Source: Octopus sinensis (lineage: Eukaryota). From it: a stretch of DNA of 25,483 bases. The translations under genes and the position numbers were made by a program. Under the pieces are notes generated by a model. It was given only the letters and a program-made list of their open reading frames with translations. It was not told where the DNA came from and did not search any database. Numbering within the stretch: position 1 is the first letter of the stretch; each line of letters begins with the position of its first letter. Of this stretch, positions 11,786-23,534 are shown piece by piece. The stretch is taken from contig NW_021836044.1 in assembly GCF_006345805.1 (NCBI RefSeq), positions 1 through 25,483 of the forward strand, in the 5' to 3' direction.

Positions 11786-11790
<5 letters not shown>
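10421..11790 (+). mobile_element. Duplicate of the 670-2025 Tx1/L1 fragment
   Basis: Same 5' junction, same internal stops and same nested SINE. Retains 16 bp (aaaagctgttattaag) that are deleted in copy 1. Confidence 0.85.
11514..11745 (-). mobile_element. SINE, duplicated copy of 1746-1977
   Basis: Near-identical to the 1746 SINE at the same position within the duplicated LINE. Confidence 0.88.
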
Positions 11791-11817
<27 letters not shown>

Positions 11818-11819
11818 TT

Positions 11820-11851
<32 letters not shown>

Positions 11852-11901
11852 CATTATCATTATTATTAATAATATTATTATTATTATCATTATTATTATT
11901 A

Positions 11902-11964
<63 letters not shown>
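11786..11964. repeat. (AAT)n immediately followed by (ATT)n microsatellite
   Basis: Directly visible. Confidence 0.95.
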
Positions 11965-12295
11965 GGAATTTTTTTCCGGCTAAACTTTTCACTCACTTCT
12001 CAGTAAAATTGTCATTTAACGCAATCGTTAATGTGATATTCCCTCCAGTTTCATATTAAAGAAAAGATTAGGCAGGGTTGTGTATCTAATTGCATCACAC
12101 ACACAGACACACACACACACACTCACAATCGTACACATCAACTCTCCTCCTCTTCTTTCCCCTCTCTCTCTCTTCTATCACTCCCTCTCCCCACTCTCTC
12201 ATTTTAACTCTTCCACTTCCACCGCCAATCGTCATAAACTGCTGACTGAAACTTTTCAAATCGAAATAATAAAATTAGAAATACAGATGCCATAT

Positions 12296-12361
<66 letters not shown>

Positions 12362-12585
12362 TATGTGTGTGTGTGTGTGAAATAGAAAGATGAATAATCT
12401 TGTAGTAGATTAATCAAAAGTTTAACCGATACCTTAGTAGCAAAAATCACAGCAGTAAACAGCACGGTTGGAGGTACAACCATCTGGCGTTGCAACCGTG
12501 CGTTGGTGCGGATAATTGAAATTAAAACATTATTGGTGAATTGAAGAAATGGAGCTGAACGCAGATTGAACAGAAATCGTTTTAT

Positions 12586-12672
12586 TTCATTCTACACGTG
12601 TTTCGAAAGGCACAAATTACCAAAATCCGATTGAATAATGGGACCATATTGTGTCTTTCTCTTCAGGAAGAA
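12586..12672 (-). ncRNA. Type I hammerhead ribozyme, inverted copy
   Basis: Reverse complement of the 13609 motif with CUGAAGA at 12666-12660. Stem II is better paired here (gaaagacacaa/ttgtgcctttc, 10 of 11 pairs). Confidence 0.8.
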
Positions 12673-13608
12673 AAAAGGAAATCCGTTGGAAAAACAAAAA
12701 CAGAACTGAGGCGGAGCAAAAACAAATCGAACTATGCTCCTAAGAGCCCATGGCGAAACTGTTTATCAGTGTATGTTGAGAACCGGTGGCTGAAGAATTC
12801 AACGGGTCAGGCATCGGTCAATCATGTGGGTGAGGGTGTATAGATGTTCTTTGTGACCGAGAATAAAGTTCTGACTATTTAAGGAATATTGGATGTTTTA
12901 TAAGGGGCGAGAAAAAATCTACTTAGAGACGTGTGTGTGTGTATACTGTTCTATATATGTGTGTGTTGGCGTAGGGGTAGAAAACATTTTTTGTGTACGT
13001 GTGTGCGTTTGATCGTTCGGCTGTCAGTGGCTACTGCCGTGAAAACCGTTGGGTGGCAGAAAGAAAAAAAAATATATATATATTATGTTTTATGTGTGCG
13101 TGTGTTCATCTAAGCCTGCCTTGTCAAGGAAACCCCCCGCTGTGAAAAAACCAAGCCCCGTTTGTCTTACAGGAGTAATTCCCCTTGCAGTGGTTAATCG
13201 TAGATATCTTTTTTTTTCTTTCTGCCACCCAACGGTTTTCACGGCAGTAGCCACTGACAGCCGAACGATCAAACGCACACACGTACACAAAAAATGTTTT
13301 CTACCCCTACGCCAACACACACATATATAGAACAGTATACACACACACACGTCTCTAAGTAGATTTTTTCTCGCCCCTTATAAAACATCCAATATTCCTT
13401 AAATAGTCAGAACTTTATTCTCGGTCACAAAGAACATCTATACACCCTCACCCACATGATTGACCTATGCCTGACCCGTTGAATTCTTCAGCCACCGGTT
13501 CTCAACATACACTGATAAACAGTTTCGCCATGGGCTCTTAGGAGCATAGTTCGATTTGTTTTTGCTCCGCCTCTGTTCTGTTTTTGTTTTTCCAACGGAT
13601 TTCCTTTT

Positions 13609-13693
13609 TTCTTCCTGAAGAGAAAGACAATATGGTCCCATTATTCAATCGGATTTTGGTAATTTGTGCCTTTCGAAACACGTGTAGAATGAA
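13609..13693 (+). ncRNA. Type I hammerhead ribozyme (PLE-type)
   Basis: Stem I 5' ttcttc, CUGAAGA (13615-13621), stem II gaaag...ctttc, GAAA (13675-13678), palindromic stem III cacgtg, UA (GUA triplet, cleavage after 13686), stem I 3' gaa(t)gaa. Confidence 0.8.
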
Positions 13694-13764
13694 ATAAAAC
13701 GATTTCTGTTCAATCTGCGTTCAGCTCCATTTCTTCAATTCACCTATATATATATATATATATG

Positions 13765-14845
13765 TCTTAGGATGTGGAATGTTCGTATCAGCTAACACGG
13801 ACTGTGTCATCATAATACAGTCCACGAAGTGGTGATAGGAGCAATGCTTATCCAAGAGAAGTCAGTGGGCCTGCAAATCGGCAGGTGGAGAGGCAGACCC
13901 ATACCAACCGACAGTTTGTAGGGCGTTAGACGGAAAGACAGGTTAAACTGCTTGGGTTCTGGTTTGCTCTTGACCTCGGGGTGGACAACAACGGCTGGGA
14001 GGTGACGAACAGGATAGTCGATCTCACCCAGAAGTTGGCAGAGAGGAAGCTGTTCGTGAATGGTCGAGTCGAAGTGGCGAATGCGTACATCCCTTCCGTC
14101 ATCTATGACTGCCTGAATGTAGTCCCATGCCCGATAAAGTTAGAGCGTTTGTTATTCCGCTTTCTAAAGAAGGGACGTGTTCCGCTCATCAGACGGTCCA
14201 TCTGCTGTCAACAACCTCTCAGTGGAGTACTGGACATGCCGTTGCTAATGATTCGCAGACATACGCTGAGACTGCGACATCTCCTGCGTTTCTTTAACGG
14301 TGAGCATGGGGGATTGACTGTTTGTCAAACGGGACTTACCGCAGCTCGTCTCACTGATGAAGCTACAGTACTGAGTGAAGCGTTGGCCAAGAAAGGGCGC
14401 TTGGCACCTGGAGTGTCGGCAAGCTCTCACAGCTTTCTGCCAGTCGGCAACGCGGGCGTTGATAGTTCCACCATGGATTTCTATAGGGGATTAGTAGAGG
14501 GGAAAGAACAACAACGAAATCGGGTAAAATTCTGGGCGTAGGTGGAGGGAATCAACTAACTGGTCTTTAACTTCCAGGAATCCCTGGCCTGGCAGTGCTA
14601 CCTGGGAGCTCTGCCGATTCAAGACAAGCTCTACAGATACGAAAGTGTTGTCGGACGAATATGTCGAGGGTGTGCGCACGGCGATGAAATAGTCCTGCAT
14701 GCACTCATCCGTCCAGTTTACGAGCTGAGTTCATTGTAAAGATCGCCCCGCCACCTTCTTTTGGCCGGGAAGGAAAAGCAGTTTCTTCTGCGCGGTGGCT
14801 AAAGAAGTACAGTGGTGGACGAGACTGAAAACATTGAAGACTAAA
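13765..14845 (+). mobile_element. Decayed Tx1/L1 LINE fragment (end of RT through the zinc-finger region)
   Basis: EKSVGLQIGRWRGRP..VKLLGFWF..ERKLFVNGRVEVANAYI..IKLERLLFRFL..RRSICCQQP..FYRGLVEG..NFQESLAWQCY is clearly homologous to the 4698 ORF. Confidence 0.85.
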
Positions 14846-15589
14846 CCTCCTTCACAGAAAAATTATGTCATTTAATATTATCATTTAATATTATCATTAA
14901 TATTCACTTCAGTTTTATATTAAAGAAACACTTAGGCATGGTTATGTATCTCATTGCATCACACACAAACACACACACAAACACACACACACACACACAC
15001 ATACACACACACACACACACACACATACACATCAGGACATATACACTTGAAGACCCTTCACACCACAAAATCCTCGCCTGTCATCCTTCTTTCGTATAAA
15101 ATAATGTTACTTTGTTAACGAAAATTCTTTTCCCATAACTTTAAAGCTGCTAAAACCTTTAATTCCTCTTCAGAATTGTTATAATTTCTCTATCATATAC
15201 TTTATTTCACAAACGTAATTTTCTGAAACGAACTATTGTTAAATGAATTTGTATCATTTGCTTCCAAGTCAATCATTATATATACCATTTAAATTATTAT
15301 CGTTATTGATAACGTGATTTTCTTTAGTGACACTATCGTTAAATGAATCTATCGTCTGCTCACAGGAAATATTTGGCTGCTATTTCTAGCACATCCAGCT
15401 TAAACTTCAGAGATTCTTCACGAAGAGAATGGTGGATGACAATGTGAACACTGGAGGGTCTTACAAAGAATTTAGAAATGTACTTCATTTTAATGTTGAC
15501 TTTAGACGTTGTATTTGGGAAGAGATCGATGATCAATAGGTATCGATTATTTCTTTGATACGAAAGTTTCTTCAGAGTATTACTTCTTC

Positions 15590-15930
15590 TCTGGCCCTCC
15601 ACTGTTCATAAGGGCTCTGCAATATGCTTGGTTTCTTTTATTTAATATCTTAACCCGGATGTTTTTCATTTGATTTCTCTTTTTGTATGTCTCCTTTTTC
15701 CAAGCTGAGTTCATTCAATTCTTTTAGTACGTCTTGTGTGGTTGAATTTAGGTTGTGGATATCCGTTTCTGGAGTTCTGCTTTGGTTCTCATTTTGTTGT
15801 TGGTATGTAAGAGGGGAATAAAGTGTTTCTATGTTGATTTGCGTCTATTGTGCCAATTCATGGAAGGCATCAGCAAGGCAATCATTTTTTATCATGGTTG
15901 AAAGTTTTGGTAAATTCTTCTAATATTTCA
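15590..15930 (-). mobile_element. Decayed CR1/Jockey-type LINE pre-RT fragment
   Basis: Minus strand TTQDVLKELNELSLEK...HP..IL / KETKHIAEPL resembles the conserved LINE segment V.KEL..L...K..GPD.IHP..LKE....IA.PL. Confidence 0.4.
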
Positions 15931-15976
15931 GATTTCAATGATTCGACACACACACACACAACTGTGCATAAATGTG

Positions 15977-16069
<93 letters not shown>

Positions 16070-16620
16070 ATATAGATATATACATGAATATATACGTATA
16101 TATAATTCTGATAACTGTGTGTGCGTGTGTATATATATATACATACATATACTCACACACACACAGATATCACAATTTGTAAAATAGTACTTAGATTATT
16201 TCAAGTTAATTTCAGTTCCGCGGATGCAAACAGTCTCATACAGTTACGCATATACACACACACATACACACACAAAACCCACTACCTCTTCTTTCTCCCA
16301 CCCTCCCTCTCTCTTTCTATCACTTTCTTTCCCCTCTCTCATTTACACTCTTCCACTACCAACGCCCATCTTTGACTGCTGACGCAAACTTTTCATATCG
16401 CATTCATATAATGAGAAATAAAGACGCCAATCTATATCTACACACACACACACACACACACTCACACACGCACACACACATATATATATATGCATTATTG
16501 TGTGCTTTGTGTTCCGCTACTTCAATGAAAAAATGTATGGTAAATAAAACAAATGACGCAATATATATATGCGCATATATATATATATATATATAAACAT
16601 TCACTAACTTTTACGAACAG

Positions 16621-16639
16621 AGGCGAAATCACTTCTTTG
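16621..16639 (+). other. Candidate 19-nt 5'-UTR micro-exon of the LRR gene
   Basis: Branch point CACTAAC, then ttttacgaacAG | AGGCGAAATCACTTCTTTG | GTAAGT. The ATG exon at 18689 has its own acceptor, so an upstream exon is required. Confidence 0.5.
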
Positions 16640-17079
16640 GTAAGTTACGATTTTCATTATATTATATCGGCCTTCTATTGGCCATTGTCCAGTCTCCTCA
16701 ACAGCATTAAGGATGGGATAAAAAGGGTCTCCATCGTTAAGACCTCATTAATTTGTGTCCCGAAATTACCTAAAATGTTATTTATGCTTTTATTTTTACT
16801 TCAGTAATTTTCAGTTAACCCATTAGCATTGGCACTGGCCACGTTGGGCCCAAATATTCTTCCTGTTTTCTGTTGAAACTGAACAGATCAGCCCTTTCAC
16901 AACCACCATGCAAAGTTATTCTAAAAGTAAGCAATCACATAATCAAAATCTCAAAGCTAGAAGATAACGTATGATTAATTGTAAACGATGTAAATAAATA
17001 AGTAATTTATCTGAATGTTGAAAGAGTATCCCCTTCTAGCTGGTACATTAATGAAACAGCAATTCCATCTCAAATTACA

Positions 17080-17355
17080 AGTGGGGTCTTTTTTAAGGAC
17101 GCATTTCAGGTTCGAGAGAGTGGTTAAGAATGTTAGTAGTACAAAAAATCGGGTCGGTATTTTTCTTAGTATTTGAGTTTTGTTAAGTATTGTTTGAGGC
17201 CGAGAAGGGTCAAATGACAGTAGAGGCGGTTGAAATGCAAAAAATTTGAAGAAATTTGTGATGTGTGTTGGTGAGATTTGGGAGGCCGAGAGGAGGATGA
17301 AAAAGCGATTGATTATAATTTGCTTCGTTTGATTTAGGGCCATTTTTATTTGTTC
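17080..17355 (-). mobile_element. Possible N-terminal PLE ORF fragment (paralog at ~7895-8135)
   Basis: Frameshifted TNILNHSL.EPEM.VLKK.P resembles the PLE pre-RT motif (VxNLSxxxLxxxExxVLxKG). Confidence 0.35.
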
Positions 17356-17356
17356 A

Positions 17357-18158
17357 CTAGCAGTATTACTCACCTCGTGCGCTCGTGCGTTCTATGCATG
17401 CGCGAATTAATCCAAACTTGGTTTTAAAATCAAGCATTTAATGCCCTCTATTTTTGCGCTTAAGTGTACCATTTCCTCAACAGGAAGTACGTATAAGTGT
17501 TTCATAATTTTTTTTATCAAATAATTGCATTGTTGAATTATTCTTTTAGATCAGTATTTCTCAATGGGGATTTCAGAGGAGAGTTTCAGGGAGTCGCTGG
17601 CGATGTATCGTGATGATCAAAAATCCGGCCTGCTAAAATTTGGTTAGTGATTCAAACTGCAGACTCAACGCAAAATGGTCACATTTAATTCAAAGCGTTA
17701 AAAAAGTTATGAAAACAATTGGTATGAGTTCACAAAGTTCCAACGATTAATACGAAAAAACCCTCCAGGCTACACCCCGAAAATTAATTTCTTTGCCGTA
17801 TTTCTACAATGTTTACGGCGATTCGTTTTTATATCTTGATTTGTTTATTTTTCATGCAATTTACGCGTGCTTGCACGCGTGGTGAACACAGTTCACGTCA
17901 AACAGCTGACTGAGTAAAGTTCACTATTCAATGCATGGGATAAGCCCTCAACAAACACATTATCGATTTTTGCACTTGCGAGATGAATTTCGGTACAGAA
18001 ATAGCGCAGTTCAATTTTCATTCGCCTAAACTTTAAGTGACCCATTTTTGGTGGTTCTACGATTTGTTGGCTAGATGTCCCGGGAAGTTAAACACACACA
18101 CACACACACACACACAGATACACAGACAGACACACAAGTTGAGTTTTATATACATAGA
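17357..18158 (-). mobile_element. Non-autonomous Helitron-like element
   Basis: The minus strand starts TC(tatgtatataaaa) next to a (TGTC/TG)n microsatellite and ends with a GC-rich patch followed by CTAG|T at 17357. No clean subterminal hairpin is visible. Confidence 0.5.
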
Positions 18159-18708
18159 CTTACGTTCATGCTTTATTCTTGTTTTCAGGAAAAAAAAGTA
18201 AGTAAAATGAAATCATGAAAGTGTATTTGAGGAAAAATTTGTATAAACGCTTCTAAACCTGGGGTACAGGAAAAATTCCTTTGTTACAATACAGTTGCTT
18301 GTGGGGTCCCATCGGATTTAACGACCCAACCGGGTTTACAACCACTGCGTATTTAGGGTCTACGAAACTCATGGTTCGCTGGTTTTGTAAATATATTAGA
18401 CCCCACCCCCGAGTATGGTTACAGATGTGTGTAGGAGTGCGTTTGTGTTTGTGTGTGTGTGTTTGGTGTTTTCTTTGATATTATTACGCGTTAAAGCTAT
18501 AATATTTTTATAAATTTCTTCACACTAATTTATCGAAATTTAATTTTTTAGCTTTAAATATCCAATCATGAAAACAAAAATATATTTGTCATGTAGAACA
18601 GGTGTGAATTTTAGTTCCTTCGGAGAATCTGCAATGTGAAGTTAATAACATTGTAATCTCTGACATTTCCTATTTTCTTCTTTTACAGATAAATCTACGC
18701 CTGGCAAT

Positions 18709-18899
18709 ATGTTTCACCACGTAGTATCATATAGACGGTCTCTTGTGTTGATATTGTGTACGATATTGTTTTTGGAGACTCAAGCTAATTCAGATATATG
18801 CAACATATGTAATTGCAATTCACTTACAACGAGTGTAAATTGTGCAAATCGCAATTTACAATCAATTCCACAACCAATTCCGACGAATGTTGAATATTT
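18709..18899 (+). CDS. First coding exon of a secreted/cell-surface LRR protein: signal peptide plus LRR N-terminal cap (LRRNT); exon spans 18689-18899
   Basis: Polypyrimidine tract ...ttttcttcttttacAG ends at 18688, ATG at 18709, donor GTAAGT at 18900 (phase 2). Translation MFHHVVSYRRSLVLILCTILFLETQA-NSDICNICNCNSLTTSVNCANRNLQSIPQPIPTNVEY(L) has a hydrophobic signal core followed by the canonical LRRNT pattern CxxCxC...VxC....LxxIPxxIP. Confidence 0.9.
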
Positions 18900-19356
18900 G
18901 TAAGTATTTGACACTTTCTACGTATTTTCCACATCCAATATTTTAAATTCTCATTGATATGTTCCCAGCTAATCGCTTATGCTGTTTATCTCACAGCTTT
19001 AAGCACAATCTTATGTTAGAGTAAAACAAATCGATATGTTACCTGTTGTGAAGTCAAATAAACTGTTTCTTACCATATTGAATTTATAATATATAACATC
19101 TCATACACAGTGATTGGATCTGACTAGTATCTGACTTTGATGTCATTTGTCTGAACTTATCAAATCTTATGGTATATTCAATGAACGGACAGTGTAAAAA
19201 CTTTAGTGCTAAGAAAACGTGTATTCCACATAGTTATATTATATCATTAATTAGTTGAATTGTTGCTTATTATTACAGTAATATGATATAATATCAGTTG
19301 ATCGTGTCACAGAATAATTGTTAATTATTGTTTGTGTTAGTTTTATAATAGAATAT

Positions 19357-19570
19357 GCAGCGAGCTATCAGAATCGTTGTGCATGCCAGACAAAATGTTG
19401 AGCGGTATTTCGTTCGTCTTTACGTTTCGATTTTAAATTCTGTCGCGGTTGACTTTGTTTTTCATTCTTTTGGAAGTCGGTAAAATAAATAGCAATTTAT
19501 CTCTGAGATCAATGTAAAGGACTTGTCCCTTTCCCAAAATTTCAGGTTTGTTCCTATGGAAGAAATTATT
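19357..19570 (+). mobile_element. Diverged SINE of the same family in LRR intron 1
   Basis: gcgagct..cagaatcgtt..aaaatg.t.agcggtatttcg..aaattc..gg.tgactttg..tttcat.cttt matches the reverse complement of the other SINEs. Confidence 0.75.
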
Positions 19571-20221
19571 ATTTTTATAATTAAAAATGAAACAGATGGA
19601 TTAAACAGCAGATAATGACGAGATCCGCTTAAATTGCCAAATTCTTAAAATACCTAAGTGAAGAAATCAAAATAGTGTTATTTTAACAAATTATGAGGAA
19701 TTTATTTTTGATAGAATGTCATCAGTAAAATTTACCCTATCATGAACACAATAAACCTTATTACAAAATTATGGAAGGTTAATTGAAGTTTCGGCTGATT
19801 GATGTATCCCCGTTCACCTGAAAACTTACGTAATTTTTAAGTAAATTATTAAAATTTAACGTCTCAAGAAATGGAATAGAATAAAGAGTAATTATTTGAT
19901 ACATGCAATCATAACAAATACTCTGTTGCAACACATTGCTCTTCCAGGTGATTATTTCCAGTTAATTGGCTTGCATCATTGCATTAATCACCTTAAACTT
20001 TCAGTTTTAATCAAATATTCTAATACTAAAGTGGATCAATTCATTCGATCATATCTATTTCTCAAAACATTTGGAATGTTTTGACAAAATGAGAAATCCT
20101 AATGTAAAATAAAGAGAAAAGTTTCAATAATGGAATTCCTAAATCTCGTATAACTCAAGATGTTGAATAGTAAAGTTGAAGTTCTGTTTAATAAGTTAGA
20201 TATTTTCATCGTTCATAACTT

Positions 20222-20347
20222 GAGCGAGGTTTGGCACAAATCATTTGACCGTCTAGCAGAATACATTGCGTTCTGACACACGGCAATCTGACTTCAAGTC
20301 CCGCTAAGGTCAACCTTGCGTCATTCATTTCCGAGATCAATAAAAAC
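20222..20347 (+). mobile_element. Highly decayed SINE head
   Basis: gcgag..tggca.aaatc..ctga.ttcaa.tcccgc..aggtcaac.ttgc..ttcat shows weak similarity to the SINE head. Confidence 0.4.
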
Positions 20348-21244
20348 TTATAACAGTTCAATGAACAAATGCAACTATGACGACGTCGAATATGACACCT
20401 TGCAGTATATTGTCTAGTTGTTTGTGATCTGAGTTAAAATCCCACACTTTTTATTTTACCGATTTTGAAAAAAGGATCAGACACGTTTTATAACTCCTGC
20501 AAGATCTCCAATACTTGTGATGCAGATATCATTAATATTCCGTTTGAGCTGCTGCAGGTCAACCTTTACAGGAATAATGAATAGGGATGCTACTTAGGGG
20601 ATGAAGGATTTAGCATAGGTAGTTAATAATGGGAACAAACTGAGGTTTAATACAACAAGAAAAAGAAGCAAAGGACTAAAAAAAGACGAAAAAACTAAGG
20701 CAATGTATGTAATCACATCCCTTTTTTAAATAACACCCTAAGCCAGTTAAATCACCATGTAAGGTTGTTCTCCTTTGTAGCACATGACTCAAAATTATAT
20801 CAGGGTTTCCCCACTCTGCCTTCACCAATTCTATTAATAAATCCCTTTCTATTTCTGTTATGTTTTCCTTCCTAGTCTATTATTTCAGTCTTGACGTTTT
20901 GGGGGTTTATTTTTGTGAAGAACCTTTATGCATCAATTATGCAAAGGAAAGGAGTTTACTTTTGCAAAGATAAATTACTTTTGACAGCAAAGTGTAATAA
21001 CAAATAGAATGCTCATTGGACAGAAACAAGATATTTATAAATAAAGCTGACTTCTGAGATGATAAAAATATCTTCCACTGAAAACTGATGTTGCAACGAA
21101 TGCTTTGTAAATCTAATTCAAATCACAAATATTTTGAACATCCATTCTTTTCTCATATTTTACATGCATGTGTGTTTTTCATTCATACATTACGTGGTGA
21201 CTTAAATCCGTTTTATATCTTATATAATAAACTACCCGTAAATC

Positions 21245-22015
21245 GAACAGAACCTTCGTGAAGAAGAAAAGAAAGCCTTACAAACTGAAGAATGACAATT
21301 CAATCATCCTAAAAGAAACCGATTAGGGAAGGGTGATAGCAGTCACGGACCAAGACTACTATAAAAATAAAATATTGGAAACAGACCAATCCTGCTACAA
21401 GGAAGAACCAAGACACCCGGAAAAAGTAATAATGAATACACTCAAAAGTCTGATAAATGAATACCAACGTTCGTTCACAGATAAAGAGAAAGATTATTTA
21501 TGCAGCTCTGTAATGAAAGAGAGTAATTTCTATGGATCACCCAAGATCTGCGAATGCTCCAAAATGCAAGGATCAGCATATAAAAATACTAAGACCTACT
21601 GACATCAAATTGAGATCAACAGTTGCTGGACCTTGAGCCCCAACACAACAACTGAGCCATCTTTTGGATATACTCCTCAAACCGTTATGCCCATTAATGG
21701 CCAGCTATACCCGAGACGATATGGATCTCCTCAAGCACATTCCACAAGCACATTCCACCCACTGTCCCAGACGTACTATAGTGACAAGCTTTGATTAATT
21801 TTTACACTAATACACATCACACTTTGGGCCTGGAAGCAATCAAACACTGGGTAGAAAAACATAGCGGACGGATGGACGAACGCTTCAAAACGCATTTCCA
21901 AAGACACACGCCGGGAACTAGAAGACAACACCTTTAGATTCGATAATAAACTATATCGACAGATAAAAAGGACATCACTACGGGGACGAGGTTCGCACAC
22001 ATACTCGCACCCAGA
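21245..22015 (+). mobile_element. Penelope-like element reverse transcriptase pseudogene fragment in LRR intron 1
   Basis: Across frameshifts: NLREEEKKAL..LKNDNSIILKETD*G..DYYKNKI, FYGSPKI (cf. FYGLPKIHK), LRSTVAGP..LSHLLDILLKP..SYTRD, TSFD, NTFRFDNKLYRQIK. These are characteristic PLE RT motifs. Confidence 0.85.
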
Positions 22016-22192
22016 GGTAGATATACATATGTGTATATTTCTGAGTGTATATGTGTGTATGTGCTTATATGTGCATACATGTGCGTGTATGTGTGTGGAT
22101 GTGTGTGTTGGTACATAGAGAGGCGAAGCGGATACTCGAGGTTGTGCAAGTCAAGTAAGAAATAAACATGAAACTGCTGCCACATTAAGACA

Positions 22193-22835
22193 TTCTTCTC
22201 CTCCTTCTTCTTCTTCTTCTTCTTCTTCTTCTTCTCTTCTCCGTCTTCTTCTTCGTCTTCTTCTTCTTCGTCTTCTTCTTCTTCTTCTTCTTCGACTTCT
22301 TCTTCTTCTTCTTCTTCTTGGTCTTCTTCTTCTTCTTCTTCTTATTATTATTATTCGTCTTCTTCTTCTTCTTCTTCTTCTTCGTCTCTCTTCTTCTTCT
22401 TCGACTTCTCTTCTTCTTATTCTTCTTCCTCCTCTTGGTCTTTCTTATTTCTATTATTATTCTTCTTATATTATTTCTTCGCTTTCTTTTTCTTCTCGTT
22501 CTTCTTCTTTTTTTTCTTCTTCTTCTTGAATCTTCATCTTCTACGCCTTTTATTTCTTCTTCTGTTTCTTCTTCTCTCTTCTTCTTCTTCTTTTCTCTCT
22601 TGTTCTTTATCTTCTTCTGTTTCTTCTTCCTCCTCTTCTTCTTCTTCTGCTTCTTCCTCTTCTTGTTCTTTATCTTCTTCTTCTTCTCCTTTCTTCTTCT
22701 TCTACTTCTTCTTCTGTCTTTCAATCCTTTTTCGGTTTTCATCTTGAACACTTTCATTTTCCATGTCTACTTTTTCTTGTTCTTGTTCTTCTTGTTCTTG
22801 TTCTTCTTCTTCGTTATATTTCTTCTTTTTCTTCC
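22193..22835. repeat. (TTC)n-rich polypyrimidine tract; a second TTC/CCT tract lies at ~23985-24545
   Basis: Directly visible; it produces the spurious poly-K/R and poly-F/L/S ORFs. Confidence 0.95.
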
Positions 22836-22918
22836 TTTCATTCTGAAGTCACAGTGTTTGATATCGTATCACAAATATTTTCCATATAATCTATTTTACT
22901 CTTTCTTTACTGCTATAG

Positions 22919-22990
22919 AGATCTGAACGAGAACAACATTGCAACCATCAAAGAAGGAGCATTCACGGGGCTTTCGAATTTAAAGACATT
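22919..22990 (+). CDS. Single-LRR exon, 72 nt, phase 2-2: (L)DLNENNIATIKEGAFTGLSNLKT(L)
   Basis: Acceptor ctttctttactgctatAG ends at 22918 and donor GTAAGT starts at 22991. Exactly 24 codons matching the extracellular LRR consensus LxLxxNxIxxIxxxAFxGLxxLxxL. Joins in frame with the phase-2 LRRNT exon. Confidence 0.93.
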
Positions 22991-23534
22991 GTAAGTTCGT
23001 TTAGTTTCTTGATACTATTTTCCGAAAGTAATAATTGATGCTGATATATAAGCTCACAAATGTATAAAATTTCAGACTCCACCAAACAAAATCAATTCGA
23101 ATTTGTAGAATGAACACGATTTAGGAAGATACAAAGAGAATATGAGAGAGCGAGACAATGTGAAAGAAAGAGAGAGAATTTGGGGAGAAAGTGAAATAAT
23201 GGGGAAAATATAATGTTCCTTTATTGTAGTTGCGTTGTTTCAATTCGCATCTCAACAAATCATTTTTGTTTCCCAAATTTCAAAGGTTTTGATATGAATT
23301 TGTATTAGAAATGGTAACGTTTGTGAGTTCACATGTTTGCATCAAATATTTTTAGCTGAAGTATATGTGTATGTTCATATATAAGTGTAGTTCTGTGTGA
23401 GATGTGACTATATTATTCCTTTATTTTATATTTTGCATCTTCCTCCATTTCTTATTTCAATATTCTCCTTCGTGTTTCGATATTAACATTCAACTTCGAA
23501 TTTTGTCATTCACTTCACGTTATTTATGTAATAG

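Larger units (their letters stand above)
12535..13744. repeat. Long near-perfect inverted repeat: arms 12535-13072 and 13209-13744, 136-bp spacer
   Basis: The arms are reverse complements. By eye I saw only 2 substitutions and one 2-bp indel. The mirrored ORFs 12931+ and 13350- start with the same peptide. Confidence 0.97.

Noticed and set aside
12931-13350. Two ORFs with identical N-termini on opposite strands
   Set aside because: This follows from the inverted repeat; there are no coding features.
18245-18440. Possible hAT-type MITE remnant (cttctaaacctgggg...)
   Set aside because: I could not identify a matching second terminus or TSD.
22185-22926. 190-202-aa K/R-rich and F/L-rich ORFs (also 23964-24594)
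   Set aside because: They are translations of TTC repeats.
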